DNA of 64,000 nt from the human T2T-CHM13v2.0 reference genome, Homo sapiens. Numbering within the stretch: the first letter of the stretch is position 1; each line of letters opens with the position of its first letter. Positions 60,031-64,000 of the stretch are shown here, piece by piece. The DNA lies in NCBI RefSeq assembly GCF_009914755.1, contig NC_060941.1. The stretch is one strand, 5' to 3'. The translations under genes and the position numbers were made by a program. Under the pieces are notes generated by a model that was not told the origin of the DNA, searched no databases, and was given only the letters and a program-made list of their open reading frames with translations.

Positions 60031-63000
60031 GGTCAGTGAGATTGAAGAATAGTAGTTTCCAGTGTTTGTTCCCTCACAGAAATATCAATCTGAACAATTA
60101 TTCACACATGAAAATACCTTCACAAGAGCTAAGAAAACCAAGTAAAATATTTTAGTACTTGGGTGGAGCACATAAAATTTTAAGAGACAGATTAAAGAGG
60201 GTAGGAAGGAGAGTTTCACATTGCCCATGTCAGCTATCTCCCAAGCTCACTCAGCATGGAGAGAGATCCTCCACATGTGGGCAGGAGAATGAAGTGAACA
60301 TCTGACCTTGCCATAGACACCAGCACCAGACCCACCCCAGTGAAGCTTAGGACCAAGCCAGCCTCCATAGACCCAGGTTCCAGGCCTGCCCCAGTGCCAA
60401 ATAGTTTCCTAGTTCCAATCTCCAGGCCCACTTCTGTGTCTTCAGAACCCAGGCCTACCATTGCAAACTCAAGCTCTAGGCCACTCCACTGCCAAACCAG
60501 CTCCTGTGCCCCAGGATCCAGGCCCATCCCCAAGGACACAGGCCTGACCCCATTGAATTATGGTCCAGGCCTGCCCTACCACCAGTCTGGCTCCTGAAGA
60601 ACCAGGATCCTGGTCTGTTTCCAAAGTCAGACCCAGGACTACCCCAACAGCCCCAGAAATCCAGGCCCAGACCCATAGACCCAGGCACCAGGCTTGCCCA
60701 CACAGACCCAGACTCCACTCCTGCTCCTGTGGACCCAGGCACTAGGCTAGCTCCTATGAACTCAGGTTCTTGGCCCCCGCACCTACTTAGCCAGTCACCA
60801 GACAAGCCCACCCATAGAACCTGCCAGGCAGCTCATCTGGCATCTCTGGATGGGGTGACTAGTGAAGGGCTTTACATGCCAAAGCCAATTTGTAAAAACT
60901 AAAGTAGGTACCTATGTGTTTAAATGAAGAGACACCAATGCAAGGTCACAAGGATCACAGGTAATCAGGGAAAAATGACACCACCAAAGGAATAAAATAA
61001 AACATTAGTGACTGACCCTAAAGAAACAAAGACGTACTAATTGCCTGATGAAGTATTCAGAATAATTGTCTTAAAGAAACTCAGTGAGCTGTTAGAGCAT
61101 ACAGACAGACAACTAAATTAAATCAGGAAAACAATACACAAACAAAATAAGAAGTCTAAAAAAGAGATAGCAACTATATATTTTTAAAGGGCTAAATAGA
61201 AATTCTGGAGCTAAAATACATAACGACTGAACTGAAAAATTTCATAGAGAACTTCAATAGCAGACTCATTCCAGCAGAAGAAATAATCAATGATCTCACA
61301 GACAGGTAATCTGACATTACCTAGTCAGAGGAACAAATAGAAAAAAAGAATTAAAAAGTGATGAAAGCCTATGGTACTCCTGGGACAGCAGCAAACAAAC
61401 CAATATACACATTATGGACGACCCAGAAAAAGCAGAGGAAGAGAAAAGGGTAAAAGACTATTTAAAAAATAACAACAGAAAACTTCTAAATATGGAGAAG
61501 GAAATAAACATCCAAAGCCATGAAGTTCAATAAACCTAAATAGATTAAAATAGAGATCTTCACAGAGACTACATTATAATCAAAATCTCAAAAGCCAAAG
61601 ATGAAGAAAGAATTATGAAAATAGCAGGAGAAAAGTAATTATTACATACCACAGAACCCACATAAGACTATTGGCATATTTACCAGCAGAAACCTTGCAG
61701 AAGAGAGTATGATACTATATTTGAAGTACTAAAAGAAAAAAAAAATGCCAACCAAGAATACTATACCTGGCAAAGCTGTCCTGTGAAACAAAGAATAGAT
61801 AAAGAGTTTCCCAGACAAACAAAAGTTAATCACCACTAGACCTACTATACAAGAAATTCTAAATGGAGTTCTTGAAGTTGAAATGAAAGAGCACTCACTA
61901 ACAATGTAAAAATACATAAAAGTATAAAACTGACTGTAAGGTTAAGAATATTCAAATTCTGAATAGTGTAATACAGTAATGGTGATGCATAAATCATATT
62001 TAACTCTAGAATAAAAGTTAAAAAGTATTAATTAGTTTTAACTAATTACTATACCTATAGTAATTTGTTAATGGATGCACAACATAAAAAGACATAAATT
62101 GTGACATTAGTAACATAAAATGTGAGAAAAAGAAAAGTTAAAATGTACAGTGTTTGCATGCAAAGTTGTTAGCTTAAAATAGATGCTATAAATATAAGAT
62201 GTTTTATATAAGCCACATGGTAACCACAAGAAGAAAACTTAGATACAGAAAAGAAAAGGAAAATGGAATCAACACATACCACTAGAAAAAATAATAAAAT
62301 CACAAAAGAGAACAGCAAGAGAAATAAAGGAATACAGGAGCTACAAAACAGTCAGAAAACAACAAAATGGCACTAGTAAGTTCATGACTATCAATAGTTA
62401 CTTTAAATGTAAATGGATTAAATTCTCTAATTGAAGGATATGTAGTGGCTACATTGATGGGAAAAAAAACAAGATCCAACTATGTTTCACACAAGAGTTT
62501 CACCTTAGCTTTAAAGATATATATATAGGCACAAAAGTAAAGTGATAAAAATATATTCTATGCAAATGTAACCAAAAAAGAATGGGGTGGCTATATATAT
62601 ACACAACACAAAATAGATCTTAAGTAAAAAATTGTCACAGGAGACAAAAAAGGTCATTATAAAATGATAAAGGGATCAATTCATCAAGAGGATATAACAG
62701 GTCCACCCTGTAAATTATAAATATATATGCATCCAATATTGGAATACCTAAATATAAAAAGCAAATATTAATAGACCGAAGGGAAAATACAATGATAGTG
62801 GAAGATTTAAAAACTCTACTTTTAACAATGGACAGATTGTGCAGACAGAAAATCAATAAGGAAAAAGTGGACTTGAACAACACTATAGATCAAATTTACC
62901 TAATAGATATATACAGAACATTCCACCAACAGCAGCAGAACTCATTCTTTTCAAGCACATATGGAACAATCTTCAAGATATATTATATATTAGGCCACAA

Positions 63001-63228
63001 AATGCATCGTAACAAATTTGTGAAGATGGAAATCATATCAAGTATCTTTTCCAATCACAGTGGTATGAAACCAGAAATCAACAACAAGGGGAAATTTACA
63101 AATATGTGGAACTTAAACACACTCCTGAACAACTAATGGGTGCAATAAGAAATCAAAAAATATTTTGAGAAAAACAAAAATGAAAACACAACATACCAAA
63201 ACTTATGGAATACATCAAAAGCAGTTCT
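60031..63228 (+). mobile_element. Old L1M (L1MA4-8-type) 5' UTR, ORF1 and ORF2 endonuclease region, 3'-truncated
   Basis: 5' UTR with ~27-bp repeat array; ORF1-like DNA at about 60950-61900; ORF 62792-63136 (DLNNTIDQIYLIDIYRTFH...FSNHSGMK). Confidence 0.85.
60310..60790. repeat. Degenerate ~27-bp minisatellite in the L1 5' UTR
   Basis: Units such as ccatagacccaggcaccaggcttgcc and ctgtggacccaggcactaggctagctc. Confidence 0.75.
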
Positions 63229-63229
63229 A

Positions 63230-63670
63230 TATAGGTATGTTGCATGATGCTGAGGTTTGGGGTACAGATCCCATCATCCTGGTAGTGAGCATAGTACCCA
63301 GTATGTAGTTTATCAACTCATATCCCTTTCTCTCTCTCCCCTGTCTAGTAAGTCCTCAGTGTCTATTGGTCTTATGTTTCCATACACGTGTGCTTAATGT
63401 TTATCTCTCACTTGTAAGTGAAAACAAGCTGCATTTGGTTTTCTGTCCCTGCATTAATTTGCTTAAGATGATGGCCTCCAGCTGCATCCATGCTGTTGCA
63501 AAGGACATGATTTCATCCCTTTTTATGGCTGCATAGTATTCAATGGTGTATATATACCACATTTTCTTTATCCAATCCACCATAGATCAACATCATGCAA
63601 TATACCCATGTAACAAACCTGCACATGTACCCATGGTATTTAAAATGAAAGTTGAAATTAAAAAAAGAAA
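63230..63670. mobile_element. L1PB/L1PA16-like 3' end with 5' inversion (63230-63586 antisense; 63588-63670 sense plus tail)
   Basis: The antisense part encodes [19 protein letters not shown]; the sense part is catcatgcaatatacccatgtaacaaacctgcacatgtacc plus an A tail. Confidence 0.85.
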
Positions 63671-63708
63671 GTCCCAACTGATATAATAAGACAAATAAAT
63701 AACGTCTC

Positions 63709-64000
63709 TGATGAGAGCCGAATACTTGTTGGGATGCCCTGGCTGTGGAAAGGAGCTGCCCACCATGGGTCTCCTCTAAGCTGTTCTATTGCCCAATAAA
63801 TCTCTTCATCTTGCTCACCTTCCATGTGTCTGCGTACCACATTCTTTCTGGTTGCAGGACAAGAACTTAGGACCTGCCAAATGGTGAGGCTAAAAGAGCT
63901 GTAACACAAACAGGGCTGAAACATGCCCCTTTCTTGTCACATTGTGGGAGAAGAGAAGGAGAGAAGAGCTGCAGCCCTTCAGAGAACCCAGACGAGCCGG
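63709..64000 (+). mobile_element. MER52-type ERV1 LTR (3' portion, runs off the window)
   Basis: gagctgcccaccatgggtctcctct...caataaa...ctaaaagagctgtaacacaaacagggctgaaacatgcccc. Confidence 0.8.

Noticed and set aside
60234-60811. Pro/Gly-rich ORFs on both strands
   Set aside because: By-product of the ~27-bp repeat array in an L1 5' UTR.
62696-62712. acagg-tccac-cctgta insert as a Tigger/mariner excision footprint
   Set aside because: Too short, and the left TA duplication is imperfect; cannot be distinguished from a chance insertion.

Overview
This is primate (hominoid, most likely human) nuclear DNA. It is AT-rich, non-coding and made mostly of nested retrotransposon fossils. L1 content includes old L1M/L1ME/L1MC pieces, a near full-length L1MA1/2-type copy carrying a nested L1PA13-16-type segment, a 5.2-kb antisense L1PA6/7, a short L1PA3 and a twin-primed L1PB tail. 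There are seven Alu/FLAM elements (all + strand) and L2/MIR remnants. LTR elements include MER50, a complete THE1C provirus, a half HERV-L with its MLT2A 5' LTR, THE1B, MLT1s, LTR33, an LTR27/28-like LTR and MER52. I see no host protein-coding gene, RNA gene or CRISPR-like system; every long ORF is explained by L1, MaLR, HERV-L, Alu or simple repeats. Subfamily names come from my recall of consensus sequences, not from a search. The most interesting signals are a perfect 49-bp duplication in unique DNA next to a hairpin, a THE1C internal ORF that is unusually open, an apparent L1-associated deletion that truncated HERV-L, a chimeric L1 with an orphan 80-bp segment, DUX4-motif LTRs with a splice donor and candidate downstream non-coding exons, and several template-switch palindromes. 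I found no convincing new biological system.
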